The position numbers were made by a program, and so were the translations under genes. From Phoronis australis (taxonomy: Eukaryota > Animalia > Phoronida), in contig NMRA01000053.1 in NCBI GenBank assembly GCA_002633005.1, positions 444,131 to 508,130 on the forward strand: a stretch of 64,000 nt of DNA, read 5' to 3'. The notes beneath the pieces are model-generated. The model was not told where the DNA came from. It worked only from the letters and a program-made list of their open reading frames with translations, and searched no databases. Position 1 is the first letter of the stretch; the number at the start of each line of letters is the position of its first letter. Shown here one piece after another: positions 25,049 through 38,720 of this stretch.

Positions 25049-25304
25049 CTGTCTCTGTCTGAATCGTGTGTGTCTGTAGCAGGTCGTTTACTGAGTCTTT
25101 ACTTGGTGTGTGTCGAGTTGCAGCTTGGGGGCTCGGTCTAAAACCAACAGAACACATCTTAAGCAAAACAACAAGCGCTACCAACAATGTAAACAGCACT
25201 AAAGTAATGATAATTTCTGACAAATTGCTCGATTGCGAAAGAGCATCAAGAATTCTGTCGACATGTACAGTGTACTGCAACACACTGGCAAAATTGTTTC
25301 CAAT
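25049..25304 (-). CDS. Candidate internal exon encoding a hydrophobic, TM-like segment
   Basis: ttccattctag| 85 open codons incl. IIITLVLFTLLVALVVLL ... ACA G|gtgagc; no partner exons identified. Confidence 0.3.
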
Positions 25305-27604
25305 CTAGAATGGAACTTGCACGCTAATTCCTTACCTCTGAGACTGGTAGGTCAAATTAGAAACAAAACACATAACAATGATATGACTATAACGCAGGTT
25401 GAAAATTGCCAGATATTTTCAAGAACAAATTTTGTGTCGAAAATGATCGGCCGTAAATCACTCAACTACTTCCAGCAAGTACCATGACGTGGTGTTGAGG
25501 AATAACATTGGATGAAGCAGGTTATGTGAGCTCCCAAGGAACGTCATTAGTGCGAAGGTCACCCATTTGCTTTCACATTTACAAGTTGTCAATGAATACA
25601 ACTACACTTTGTTTAGCGCAGATGATGTTCTAATAATAGCATTGTTGTTTAGTTCCTTCTATACATTAGCATAGTAAGGAACATGCAAATATAGTCTTTA
25701 AGCTCTGAATAGGTTCTCTTTATTTCAACTATGCAACACTAGTTTATTTGAAATTGCTTCTACCGTAATGGGTCCCGCAATAGCAATATGGATATTCTGC
25801 AGATGTTTGTTTCACTACTAAACATACGTAAGTGCTCAATTTCATGTAAATCCTTTTGCAAAATAGCATGAAATCAGTGAAAAACTGAATTGCCACCAAG
25901 GCATATACAAATATCAAAATTTCAAAAGGTTACGAAAATTTGCCATGCTGAGTGGTTAAAAACCCACCCTTATTCTATACTTCTTCTACTTGTACTTTCA
26001 ATTTTCCCACATCAGTGTAGGCAGCAAGCCAAGGAGATTCTTTGATATCAATGTGAATGAAATTGGATATGCACTAAGCTGAAGCATTGGATAAATAGCA
26101 TAAAGTAAACATTTGGCCATGTGTAAGATAACTGGCAAAATTTCAAAAAAAAAACATTAAAAAGAAACATTAGAATATTAAAGCATCACAAAAACCGGAA
26201 AGTGACATCAAAGTAATTCGTCTCTATTCTGTAAAATGGCTGCCTGTTGTAAACCTCAGTTATATCACCTGTTACTAAAGGCCATTTATAGCAGGTGCCC
26301 AGAAATTACCCAGAAAGTTTTGCAAACATTGACAACCATGAAGTTAAACAAACAACAAAATGAAAAATTGGGTCCACAAAGTAAACATGAGCAATGAATC
26401 ATTGAGACGTCAACTTGTGACATCGAGAATCCGCTAATTTTGACTACATCCTAGTATCAAACATATCAATCAAAATGTCCAACACATCAAAGAATTTTCC
26501 GTTCAAAAGTTAATTTATATGTTTGCTTGGATATACTTAGCCGTTCGCCCAGTCGCCAATGCAGCTAAAAAGGTAGAAACAAGAGTAAACTCACTCAACA
26601 TGAAGGGAAATGTGATTTTATTCCATTTTCTAGTGCATACATGCATTCCTGCATAAATGACAAACACGCTACGATGTCACTTCACATTCTTTTTCAAAAG
26701 CAGAAATACAACTTGAATCCATATCTCCAGATGCCACTATGATGGCTACATCAGTGGATATGTAAATTTATCCCATACGCATTGAATCTGTCGCAGGAAA
26801 AACGGCCATGTAATAATGTTTTCCGTATTCACCTCCCGCACTACTTCAACAGCGACCTCTGACATGGAAAGTTCAAAAGGTAGGTCGACTCGACGTCTTC
26901 AGCCGGTTCGATCATCAAACTTTCCGAATATAGTTTAAAGTAATACAGTTGCAGCAGTGTAACTAACACTTGACATGCAACCAGGCCCTAAACGTAAAAT
27001 CTAGAACAAAACTGTTAATTATAAGACATGTCTCAGTTTCCTGTTGCTGAATACTATATCGTCTGCAACTCAGGTGCCGATTCCTAGGAAACTAAAATAT
27101 CAAATATTGTTGTTTTTTTAACTATTTCCAGGAGATGTTACAAGTTCACTGCACAGTTGCCGTTGTATTCATTTTTGCTACCTCTTTTCAAGAAATAAAT
27201 CGTTACTTTTAAAACTGTTTCTTTTACAAGAGAAAACTTGCAACCTAACGGGCAAGTACATACATATAGGATGTGATCCACCAGTCTTGGTGAAGTATTT
27301 AAAAAATCTGCCGAAAAAATGAAAGAAACGTAGGGATTCGATGCGCATGGGATAAATACAAAACGTACATGAAGTAATATCCCACTCGACCTTATTCCAG
27401 GTATCGACTGATACCAAAGGTCGAGGTCGATATGCGGAATAATGTTTCTTCATGTACACCACTCTCAGTACGTTTTGTGTATGTCTCTCAGTCACCCCAG
27501 AGGAAAAGTGCCTGTACCTTCTAACGGTAAACGGAAATTTTTGCAGCATTTTTTTACTATGAGGGTACTAATTTTTGCATTTATTTTTGCTTAGAGGGGA
27601 AGTT

Positions 27605-27857
27605 CATGCGCGCACCCAGCCTAAAATATAGGGGGGCTCGAATTTTTCGATATGCGTACCTTTTGCTGAAAGAAATCACAGAGGACTAAAAAAAAAACGG
27701 GGCCACTAGGTTCAGGCCTACGAATTCTGCATCCGCAAACTTTCTGTGGATTTTGTCTCGTTTACTCGGACTTTTTGTTTCACTGAGGTGACCTTTTTGC
27801 CCAACTCGCCAAATTGGGGGGCTCAATTTGAGCCCCCCAAGCAGGGGTGCGCCCATG
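27605..27857. mobile_element. hAT-like MITE with 6-bp TSD
   Basis: TIR catgcgcgcaccc / gggtgcgcccatg; gaagtt duplicated on both flanks; second family member at 40331-40562. Confidence 0.8.
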
Positions 27858-30800
27858 GAAGTTGAGTAATGTTTACTTCACAGCTTTTTATAACAATGCT
27901 CTTTTATGCTTTCACAAATAAGCAAGAACCAACTTTAAGTTAAACAATAAAAAGTAACTAATTGTTTTACAACCACCATTTATTTGTACAACATCGAGTG
28001 AAGATGACCTGTTGTCACAGAGATGATTATCAGCCTAGCTACACCTTTGGTGCCAACATGCTATGCATTGTCATACTGCATGGCTTAGGAAGCCAACATC
28101 AAGACAATGGTTCACAAGCACAGAACAATGGAGTTCTTAGTAAACATCCATAGAGAAAATAATTTTTAAAACTAGCTGCTAAATATGCCCGCCCTACTAA
28201 CACCCTAAAGTTAACCATTATTTTACATAAGGAACAGACCCCCACTCTGTAAAACAAAATCCACTTTTTGGCACAGCGATGATGGTTTTAGCTACACAAT
28301 GTCTTATATTTCCCACAACAGTGCATACTGTCACATCTTTAAATTTGACAATTCTGTCTTTCTTGTTTTTCAATGAATAAACAAGAAGAATAACACTCAA
28401 CTGTTCTTTTAACGGTGTTGCTGACGACGGTGAGCCATGATTATCCCGATGAGGTAACTGTTTGAATGTGGTCTGCTTGAGACTTGTGAGAGAAACGAAC
28501 AGCAAGTTAATCAGTGAAAAGGTACTTTCCTTTACGTTTCTATGCTCTGCCGCATAGCTTTTCATAATTCTCCTCTTGTAGAACTTGTTTGTGTGCCATT
28601 TTCACCTGCAGACGCACATAAGTTTTCTTTTATACTTGTCTTTCCAATATGCGAGAGTGACATCATAAAACTGGTTCTAGCACTCCTGTAAGTGGCACTT
28701 GATTTATAATGAAACCAGTGTGTGACGTTTCCAGTATCTCGTGTCTATCGTCAGTGTGGGTATACACACAATATTTTTGTCAGTTATCTGATGTTAAAGC
28801 CAGGAGGGTAACTTTTGAGTGTCCAGAGCATTTTTTGACCTGATGAGGGGAAATTCACAATTTTCTAATATTTCTGAGGGGAATGGGGCCGAATATCGGC
28901 TCCAATCTAAAGAGATTGAGGGCCCTGTATATGTGTGAGTTTGTGTGCGTATACGAAATGTAAGTTTTTGTTCATGCTGTTCCTTCAGGGTTAACAACAC
29001 AAGAGAGCTTTGTAAGAGTCATGTGATGAGTTATCACGTACAATTAAGTTAAAAGTATGAACCTGCTTTCTGCACTTGCTGAAGCAAATCGTCCATGGCT
29101 GAATGACAGTTACTTTGGATAACAGTACAAAAGTTAGATAACATATAAGAGTATATGAAAAACTAAGGTTACGTAGGACCTTATTGAGAAGTCTGTATTT
29201 AGCTAACTACTGGAAAATTCTCCAATTTGGGACAGCGAAAATTAAATTACTTTGTTTAAGGTAGGAGCTTGACCCAAATTCTAGAAATAGCCAATATTGG
29301 ACGTCCCAAATTCAAGAATCACTGGAACTATGCCAAAATTACCACTCTGTAGATTGAAAGTAAACTGTCCGAAATTTTAAAAATATGGTGAATGCCGGAA
29401 TTACCCTTGTCCTAATTTCCAGAATCAAGAATTTTTTGTGGGAGTTTCCATGCCCCAAATTCTAGAATTTTACTGTAACAACAAAACTATAGATTTTAAC
29501 CCAGTAAAAGAGCATATTTTCTGAAAGTAGAAAGCTTGCCGAAATTAGATTTTTTACTCTTCACCAACCTCATACTAATTGGACCACGTGACGTCTTCTT
29601 TGGAAAAAATTAACGAAAAAGAAAGATACTACAGCATCAATAACATGACCAACCCAAATGTTCAAGATGGAATCTCAAAAAACGTTATTTCAGTTTTTTG
29701 TTTTCATTTAGTAGAACTTCTGACTTTCTTTTCATGAAAATCACCCAAGTCCAATTATTTGGCCAAACAGGTTGCTGTGACACACTAAAAGCGGTCGTAG
29801 AGAACACTGCACCCTCATGTAAATTGGAACATATTAAACACAATTCCTAAAAAGAGTTTTGGAGGACAATGCATACAGCATGGTGCCTGAATCCGATAAG
29901 CCATTTGTGATATTATGTTCCAGCGGTGGCCCAATTTGGACATTTTGCTTGGCTCTACATAACCTCAATTTTGACCAACTAATCAAAATGCTTACTTTGC
30001 AATATCTCCATGCTGTACTTAAAGACAACAGCAAGTGAACCGCGTTTTAGTGCGGAACTACTTTCTTTCAAATCCAACAGAATTATTCTTGTTAATATGC
30101 AACCTTACACTTAAGTTTATGAGATTCCAATAAAATCTTGGCTATCAGCTAGGGAGAGGTCAGGTCACATCGCATGTTACCAGGTAATTTAAGCTCTCCT
30201 GTTAACCTTAACTTTCAACCCAGCACAGATGTGAGAGCACTCCCGACTTTATTGTGAACAATTGGGCTTCAAAGTAAAACAGCACTCATGAGTGCTCATA
30301 ATATCAGGTGTTTATATTTAACCATACTGATAAAATGCAAGTAAAACTAATTCATTTTTTACATTATAATAAAGGGTCATTAAAACAAATTTGAAATCAC
30401 AATTATATGTTAATGCCAAAGTGAATCAAATAAGACATCCACAAAAGCAACCTAGAGTACTCTCCTCTTTTCTAAGGAGGTATGGACTCACAAAATATGA
30501 TACATCAACAATGAACAGAACACTGACTTAAATACAAATTCTAAAATGTTCACAAACTAGAACAATATTGATTTCAGTAATGTTTACACTATAGCCTGTG
30601 AATATACAATACTGTTTACAATCAAGTGTATATGTACACGAGTAAACCTCCATTTTGGCACAAAACCTACACATCTTGGCGTAAAACTACACTTGGGTGC
30701 ATGTTTAGATAGGTAATGGTCATTTACCGAGATATCGCATTTTGAGAATCAGTCTTCTCCACTGAATAGCTGGCATCAAACTGATTCTCAAAATCAGGGA

Positions 30801-32814
30801 CTCGTATAAATAGTTATTGTCTTTACACACTGAATAAAGCTAGACTACTACAATATAGGAACCATTTTTGTTTGAATAAAAACCTCCTAAGAAATAATTC
30901 AAGCTCGAACAATGACGAGACTTCTAGCGACACAACCAGCGCAACGTTTTGCAGCCAATTGTATTTTGTATAAGTTTTTCCAGCGTGAAAATGTTACATA
31001 TCATGGTGCCTAGTAATCGACTGACTAAATATGAAATTCATTTTGCAAACTGGAAAGAAGTGCTCTTGCAACTCGGGGAAAGTTATCTAATGAAAACCAT
31101 GCAACGTCTTTATTTCCAACTAAATGACTAGCTCCAACGGCGGTCTGATACGTAGATTGGCTGCTTCACGTGTAATATGTTTGGGCAATTCTTGGCGACC
31201 TATTACAGAAGGTTATTTGCAAACCGAGATTTCTCAACTCATTCTTAGTATTGAAATTTTTTCATTAAGTATGTCAAACCATCAGTCCATTGGTTTTCCT
31301 GAACTAGTCACTATTATCCTTTAGAATAGTCTCTCCAACAATCCTTAAGAGTCTATTTCCCAGAAGCAGCCCAGTTTCAAGCAATAACAGAATAATCTTA
31401 CAAGGTACGGTTCCTTGTGTCACTTCTACATCCAGAAATGTTAAAATGACTTAGAGCAAATCTCGTTTGTTTCCCCCATGCGAAAACGATGCAACTGCGT
31501 TTACACCCGACCTCGGTACCACCAAAACGGCATTAGAGTACTTTGGACACGAGATTTGCAGTTTTCAGTAACAGTGCAGATTTTTGCGTATTGAAAATTC
31601 AAACTTTTCAGCATGTTAGCCTGTTGAAACTGTGTTTAGCTGGTACTTTTCCTAGTTACGTTGATCATAAATTTTTAGAATTCTCAAGTGTTCAATTGGT
31701 GTACCGCACTTGTAGTTGTTGTTAAGATCCAACGGTAAGGTTCCTTACAAAACTTGAATAATTATGCTAATACATGCAGCAATGGTAATATATACCATGA
31801 ATCATGTTGAGTCAGGTACACGAGTTCCTTGCTTCAAAAGTTATGCTGTTTCTTAAAACAAAAAATGTATCTGTAAAAAGTGCTTGTGACACTTCACAGG
31901 ACGTTTTACACCAGATGACATGTTCTTAACTATTCAGAAGTTTGGAATAATTGTTCATTGCAAGTGTCTATTAAATGATAAACACGAACCACCGTAATAC
32001 CTGTCAAAAAAACCTCGACGGTTGCCGATGACTCAACGTGCCACGAAGTCAGTGTGGTCACCATGTGCGGAAGAAAACAACGCGCTATAAACTGCACTAT
32101 AAATTCGATGGTGTCTTCCATAAGGCACTGCCATTATTCAGAATAACGTTGCAAAAACAGATGTTCCCCTCTTACAGAAGCTATTTTCTTCCCAGCTCGG
32201 AATATGCAGCCTCTCACGCTTTGTTATTTTGACAACAGTACATATTTAGCCAGAGATAGCCGGAATTGAATGAAATATTAAACAATTCACCAACAACAGA
32301 AGTCGTTGCTAATATAGTATAGGCTGGTGATGATTAATGTCGAAAGAAGCCTTGCGATTCGTCAATTATCTTGCTACATTTAGAATGAATCAAGCAAGTT
32401 TGACATTGGAGCTCACTTTTAAATAAAAATAATTTGAATACATTTTTTAATTTTCAACTTTAAAATTTTCTTCCATTTCTATTATTAGCTTATAAGCAGT
32501 TTCGAATTTCCGTATTTTTTCCTGCCTTTCCTTTTGCGTATCGTACAAAGATCTGCTAACCCACATTTACATTAGCGTATGGTGTACAACTGCACATTCA
32601 CCGACCAGGACGCTTAAATTAGGGAACTCCAAAATCAGGGCTGAGCATTAAGCAGAGCATGGGCGCTTCGTTAACAACATAAATCAAGAACGAAACAGTT
32701 TGACTGTTTTCAGCAACTGCTACTTCAGCATGACTTCAAACATCCGAACAGGATGTCTCATGAAAGAAACCACCAATTTTACGTCTTCGAATTTTTTAAC
32801 AGCATAATCTCTCA

Positions 32815-33098
32815 GGGCTGTTCCAGTAAAATCAGTGTGGGAGGGGGGGATGGCAGTAGAAATAAAAATTCATGGGTGGTGGTCTTCAGAAAAAACTCAA
32901 ATTATGGGTGGTCGTTCCTGTAAGAAGTGATGCATTAAAAATGGGTGGTATTTTTTGACCTGTTAATGTTGACAGGTTGGTTACTTCAGCCGTCAAAACT
33001 AAAAAAATGCAATTGGCATATATCCCAACTAATATGGGCGGTGGGTACGAAATAAAAGTGCCTTCCCCCCTCCCATACAGATTTTGCTGGAACAGCCC
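32815..33098. mobile_element. MITE with 3-bp TSD (Zator/PIF-like)
   Basis: ~30-bp TIR gggctgttccagtaaaatcagtgtgggaggggg / ccccctcccatacagattttgctggaacagccc; TCA on both flanks; truncated relative near 24045. Confidence 0.8.
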
Positions 33099-33560
33099 TC
33101 ATCAGATTTCCAATTAGACCTTCCAATATTTTCTAATGAGTGCATTTCTGCAATTAAAAAAAAACAGTTCAAGCTATGGAAAATCCCAAATGTGGGTTTT
33201 TAATAATTTTAAACAAAATTTTGATACAAAAAGTTTGATGAAAAGCACTTTTTCACTATCAATGTACTTTTCAAAAAAAAAACACTTTCACCAAAAACGC
33301 ATGGTCACGTGCCTACGAGAATTGCATAATGTTGTGAACGATAAGAACAGCTTTGCCTCAACTCCTAGTTTCAGTTGGTTAAATGAAGACAACATATTAA
33401 TAAGGGTACAATACATGACTACAAAAGATACTTGTCTGGATCTAAATGTGAAACACAGGGGAGCGAAAGTATTATTTCGCATGCACATCAATAGGCCTAA
33501 AATGCATGCATGCAAATATGGTTAACTGGTAGGAAGCCTCACTAATGTATACAACTTAAG

Positions 33561-33784
33561 TTACAGCTTAACATATAAGGCTGATCGATTCAATATATTC
33601 CTTTTTAACTTCAAAGGAGTTGTTTCGTCATCAAAATCGATTTCTTCTAACATCCTGTTTGCTCCAGCTCTGAAGAAATGCACAGTAGTGGACCGTGGAC
33701 GTTGGAACTCTCTTGACAGAAACTGCTCCAAATTCTCCCTGTTTAATGATTGAGGCACAGTCACAGTCCTCACTCTATAGTCAC
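33561..33784 (-). CDS. Terminal exon, C-terminal part of a predicted beta-grasp (ubiquitin/PB1-like) domain
   Basis: Acceptor tttttcttattcag|GT GAC (phase 1); (G)DYRVRTVTVPQSLNRENLEQFLSREF...VHFFRAGANRMLEEI...TPLKLKRNILNRSALYVKL*; fold inferred from strand/helix pattern only. Confidence 0.65.
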
Positions 33785-34000
33785 CTGAATAAGAAAAACA
33801 TTGGGAGTGTATATGTGAATTGGTGTGAAAGCTGAGTGAAAAGCAATTGCACAGCAAAACAAGACATTAACTTAACAAGCCTGCACATTTTCATGTTAAA
33901 TAAATGAAACCGGTCCTCACACAACATTAAATTCTTTATGTCTTTTGGAAGAATTTTGAGTAAATAAATTGACTAGTGTACAATGTGTAATTAAACCTAC

Positions 34001-34125
34001 CTCTCAGACGCACTGGCATGATTGTGGTCCATTCTTCTTTCAACAGACCAATCCTCAAGGTTACTCTCGAAGCTGGTTTCGACAGGATAACTCTTGCTCC
34101 GCTTTCACCATGACACCGTGTACAA
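34001..34125 (-). CDS. Internal exon (phase 2 to phase 1) linking the linker exon to the 33561-33784 exon
   Basis: gaaattccag|T TGT ACA ... CTG AGA G|gtaggt; CTRCHGESGARVILSKPASRVTLRIGLLKEEWTTIMPVRLR; phases match both neighbours. Confidence 0.6.
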
Positions 34126-35257
34126 CTGGAATTTCAAAATGTGTCCAAGATTGATGAATAACATATTGACAATTTGGCTTTTCTAGTTTTATGAAATAGA
34201 AATTGAAATAAGACCAAAACAGCTCAACACAACACATGAACAGCAGAGATAAAGTTGACATGAGGATCTACAGGATTTCAAACACCATTAAGAGTCACCT
34301 AGTTAAAACGAACTGACCATAGTATGAACAAGCTCTACAACTACACTTGTTTAAACATGAACGTCTTTTGAATTACATAGAATTTCAGAGACAAAAAGAT
34401 AGCAAAAGGGGAAATTCTTCTGAAATGAGATCTGCAACTTTTTCCTGGCCAGACTTTTAAGGGTACGTGCCCAATCAATGCCTACAGTTAACAATAGCCA
34501 ATAATGGCACTTTGTATCAATTTGCAACCTAACATGAAAACAATAAGGTGCTAAGCTTAGCCTAACCTTAATGACATAAAACTACTCTGAAAACTTACGG
34601 ATTTGCGATGTGTCTCTCAATGCCGTCATCTTCATGCAGTCAATTATCAGCACTGGAAAATCTGCTTGTTTCGATAAAAATGTTTTCAATTCTTTCCTGC
34701 AATGCAACTGTTTGATCGCAAGTCCTTGCTGTACCATTGTTCAACTTATCAGTTCAGTTGAAATCCCTAGACATGAAAATTTGACCCTTATTGGTTAATA
34801 CAAAGAGAAAGGGCACGTGACCCTTCTGGCTAATCAGTGTCGTGTCAGGTGTCAAGTCTACTGACACGTTCACCAACTCGTATGGAATCATAAATTATCA
34901 TGTGACCAGCTTACTCCCTCTTACAGATTAATGGGACAAACACAAAGTAACTTTGGTGCAATTACAAGTCAGAATTGATGCTTCTACCTGAATTGCTTTA
35001 AAGTTCTTCTGTAGGATTTCCATCGGTAAAGCAGCAATCACGTATTTACTGCAATACATTTGGCCATGTTTACTGCAGGCTAACCTAATCACAGAAATTT
35101 ACAATTCTATTAGACCCTACATGTTCAAGCCAAAGTTGAAGCTTATTGCTAAACTTCAAATTGCCCATTCCTAAAATTTTTAAAATAGGTCAGGGGATAC
35201 TGACAACTGAAAACGAAAAGACAAAATATCTAATAGATTTAACATTTGATCACTTAC

Positions 35258-36005
35258 AGAACACCCCTTTGTGCCACACCTCCCGTTGACCTGACTTGTG
35301 TTGAACTTGGACCTCGACTGCCAGAGGGTGTCATAGATGAGATATTGGGCGTTACCCCTGTACTAGTCTGCGCAGCATAAGATGTGCTTGGTGACTGCTC
35401 TACAACTGCCGTGGCTGCATCTCCAAGCCACATACTTTGTTCACCACCCAGACGGTCCCCATCTTCAGACTCCACAGACATAAGCAAACCAGGCTCCTCC
35501 TTAATGTTCTGTTCATTTGTTACACAACTGGATGGTGATGCCGCCATCAACGTGGAAGATTCTGTTGATGAACCGGCCGCTGTGTAATCAGTCTCTGATG
35601 TCCCCGACTGTGTGATGGATGGGACACTCACAGTGGACACTTCCGTTCCTGCTGTCAGAATCACTGGTTGAGAGTTTGAAACACTAGGTCCACTACCACT
35701 ACTACTACCACTTCTAGCATTTACAATTGTACTACTTTTACTGCTACGGGAAATGGCGTTCTTGAGAAGATTTGTCACACTTTTTGGTCGTGCTGGCCTT
35801 GGTCGATTGTTGAGCGACACTGGCCGTGAGTAGGGAGCCCGGAGGCCCCTCCGACTAGGTGGCACTGATCGCATAAATGTACTGTTCGTGCCCAAATGGC
35901 TAGCTGCCTGGTGGCCATGGAAACTGTCTGGCAAACTGCGCGGCCAACTGACTGGTTCTGCTGGAGTTGTGTACTGCCAGGCGTCTGAGCCGACACCTTC
36001 GCTGT
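35258..36005 (-). CDS. Large Ser/Thr-rich low-complexity exon (transcription-factor-linker-like, IKEEP SUMO consensus)
   Basis: Acceptor ttttgtccatttgtag|AC AGC (phase 1), open 748 nt, donor GTT CT|gtaagt (phase 2); contains the 226-aa ORF of the track. Confidence 0.75.
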
Positions 36006-38295
36006 CTACAAATGGACAAAATCACACAGTATTAGCACAGTAAAAGTGGCTCTGAATTCCAGTATATACATACTTATACCAGCAACTGAATATGATAACT
36101 TGTTCACACAAATAAATCGTGTTTTTCAGGTGACCAGAGTTCCCTGGTATATTTCCAAGCCAAAGACCATAATCTCCACTCCATAAAAGCCAAAATGTTT
36201 TAGCAGCTAAATCATCAGTTAAAAGGCGTCTTTTCACCAGTTACACAAGCAGAGGTTCTGTGTGGCTAATTCTCCTTAGGTAAAGCTGTAATACTCCTTT
36301 AAAAGAACACTCTGTGAAGTAAAACTTCGCTATTAAAGTTTTATTATGAAAGTAAGTGAACGGTGGCATTAACCTTCAGTGAGAATCATATGTCCGTAAA
36401 CTTTGTACTCGGCAACCTTTAGGTCTAGCCAAGCGACGAAACTGGATATGAGCGAGCCCTTTGCTTGCATGATCAGAGAACAGAAACCAAGGCGTAGATG
36501 TTCTATATCTCCCATTTTGACGAAGAGCAATCAATCTTGTCAATCTGCAAACGCAAACATTAAAGGGTTATTGCATACTTGAACATAATCTTCGAAATTT
36601 TGATGAGCATACAAAATATAGGCTCCAGGCAGGTATAAAGGGATCAAAGCTAGCTTCCAGCATACACTTTTCACATCACGAAAATGGCCATCACAACGAC
36701 TGAACTTCAATCTGTCCTGAATTGTTTTCTCACATCAAAAATGCACTGAGTATGATTTGAAAACGAAAGGATGATATTACATCAGTTAGCATATTAATAC
36801 TAGCACTGAAAGTACTTAAAGTTTACTTTATAGACAAACTGGCCTATAAAACATCAACGTCCAGATGTCAACAAAACGCGATATCGGACCTGAAATCTGT
36901 TATCACCTGGATGGATATTAACGATAGACAAATAGAATACAGTAGCTTTTGTTAATCTGCGATGATGAGTGGTAGTTTTGGAGTTATGGAGGAACCCCGG
37001 AAACATCAGTACCAGTTCAAATGGAAGCAAGTTGTCTATCAAAAACAACAAGCCTTAACAAGCGAACTTCGAATGGAACTCCTACTTCATACCCGGATAC
37101 TACTATTTTTTGAATCCTCTAGCCACGGTGACACCAAAAATGTATTGACTTGTACAGATTGGTTCCTTCTTATTCGTAAAGTCCGAAATCATGTCCACAT
37201 GAAGTCAAGTGTTTTTGAGGACGACATTTGTCTGTGAAAACACGCAGAACTCTTGTGTTTTTTTGAGGAAGTTTTGAAGAGGCAGTCCTTTAAATGACTA
37301 CTGATGTTTTTTACTCACGTTTCCCTAATGTGCCATGCGGTATCATCAATACACTAGCCAATTTTGGCGTCTTTTGACATGCATGATCATTGTAGTTATC
37401 ATTCCTGCCGAGAGGTGTCACAGTTTTATAACGGTGGTCATCCGAGATAGCTTACTAGCAAAACACCTCGAACAGTGAATGCATGAATAAGAAGCGCCTA
37501 ATCACCACGATGAGAGGATTCAGGAAATAGAAATTTCAAGTATGGAGTCAGATTGTAAACAATAACCTTTAACAATTTCCCATGATTTTTACCTCATTCT
37601 GATTTTTCAAAAAAATCAAAGAAATAGATGTTTCGAACCGATAACATCTTCTGCTGTTCAGAACTACGAAAATGTATATGTATATCATTTTTAAAAAATT
37701 CAAACTACACAGAGTAACTTCAGTTTTCATTGAAATACCGTTTTTTTTTCTTCTTGTAGTTGTAGCACAATCATCATGGATCTAGGTCAACTAATTAGGT
37801 CAAACTCAAAGCCACAATTCAAAATCGTGTAACAAGATTCAACTTCTAAGTATTTGCTCCGTTGCTTTGAAAATTCGACACATTGATATCTCAAAAAAAT
37901 AAGATTCTCCAACAACAACTGAATAAGACATACAAATCAATCGGTAACCCAATCGTCTTCAAGAGTCATGGCCGCCATGTTTGATATGTGGATTATTCTT
38001 TGTTTGGCTGGGGAAGTCATCTTTTTGGAGCAAACCTTAAGATCGAACAAAGCCATTTGAGGGGCATTACTTGCAAAAACATCAAACGTCTGGCTTTACA
38101 TGATTTTGGAAGCTACTGGCCCGACAACGAAGACAAAACAAGAATGAAAATATTCTGGAACTTCTAGTGGAGAGGCGTTCAATTTCAAATTCGAGCATGT
38201 GAACTCGGACGCGATTCAAAACTTGAAATAGTTAAAAATTAGGCGAAGCAGCATTATCTGATTTGTAACAGACTGAGGGACATCAACTCACTTAC

Positions 38296-38308
38296 ATCGA
38301 AAATTCAT
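38296..38308 (-). other. Candidate first-exon end: ATG AAT TTT CGA T|gtaagt (phase-1 donor)
   Basis: Consensus donor GTAAGT with an ATG that is in frame with exon 36005; CRE-like tgacgtca at ~38420; no transcript support. Confidence 0.3.
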
Positions 38309-38449
38309 CAATTGAAGCACACCTGTCACTAATTACGTTTCTTTTCGTCGCAAACTCAAAACTTATGAAGTAAAATGACGGAAATCTTCGCTGGAAAATT
38401 CTGCAAATCAAGGCGACGTGACGTCACTCGTGGCGGTTGCAGGTGGCGC

Positions 38450-38720
38450 TGCTGTGCGTGAACTTGGAATCCTCGACAAGTTAACTCAGATAATCACTGC
38501 ACTAAATCAAATTAAATGTTAATAAAATACTGTAACTTTTAACAAACCTACAACTACAGGCGATCTTGTTCACCAATTTATTTAACTGCTCACATATTCC
38601 TCCGATTTTGTGTCACAATGAGGCTTACGGTAAAGGAAAAAAACGGTAAGGCCAATAATTACGAAAATCAGATTTAGACTGAACAAAAAATTCAATTCCA
38701 AGTTTATGCATGCGCGATCT
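38450..38720. mobile_element. Partial, inverted copy of the MITE at 43129-43545
   Basis: Shares in reverse complement ctgcactaaatcaaattaaa, cacatattcctccgatt, ttacggtaaa and aattccaagtttatgcat blocks. Confidence 0.65.

Noticed and set aside
26960-27010. Acceptor ttttgttctag identical to ZF acceptors
   Set aside because: Followed by DFTFRAWLHVKC* only, no finger; not supportable without transcripts.
27178-27549. 123-aa ORF
   Set aside because: Reads like non-coding transposon sequence; no splice context or domain.
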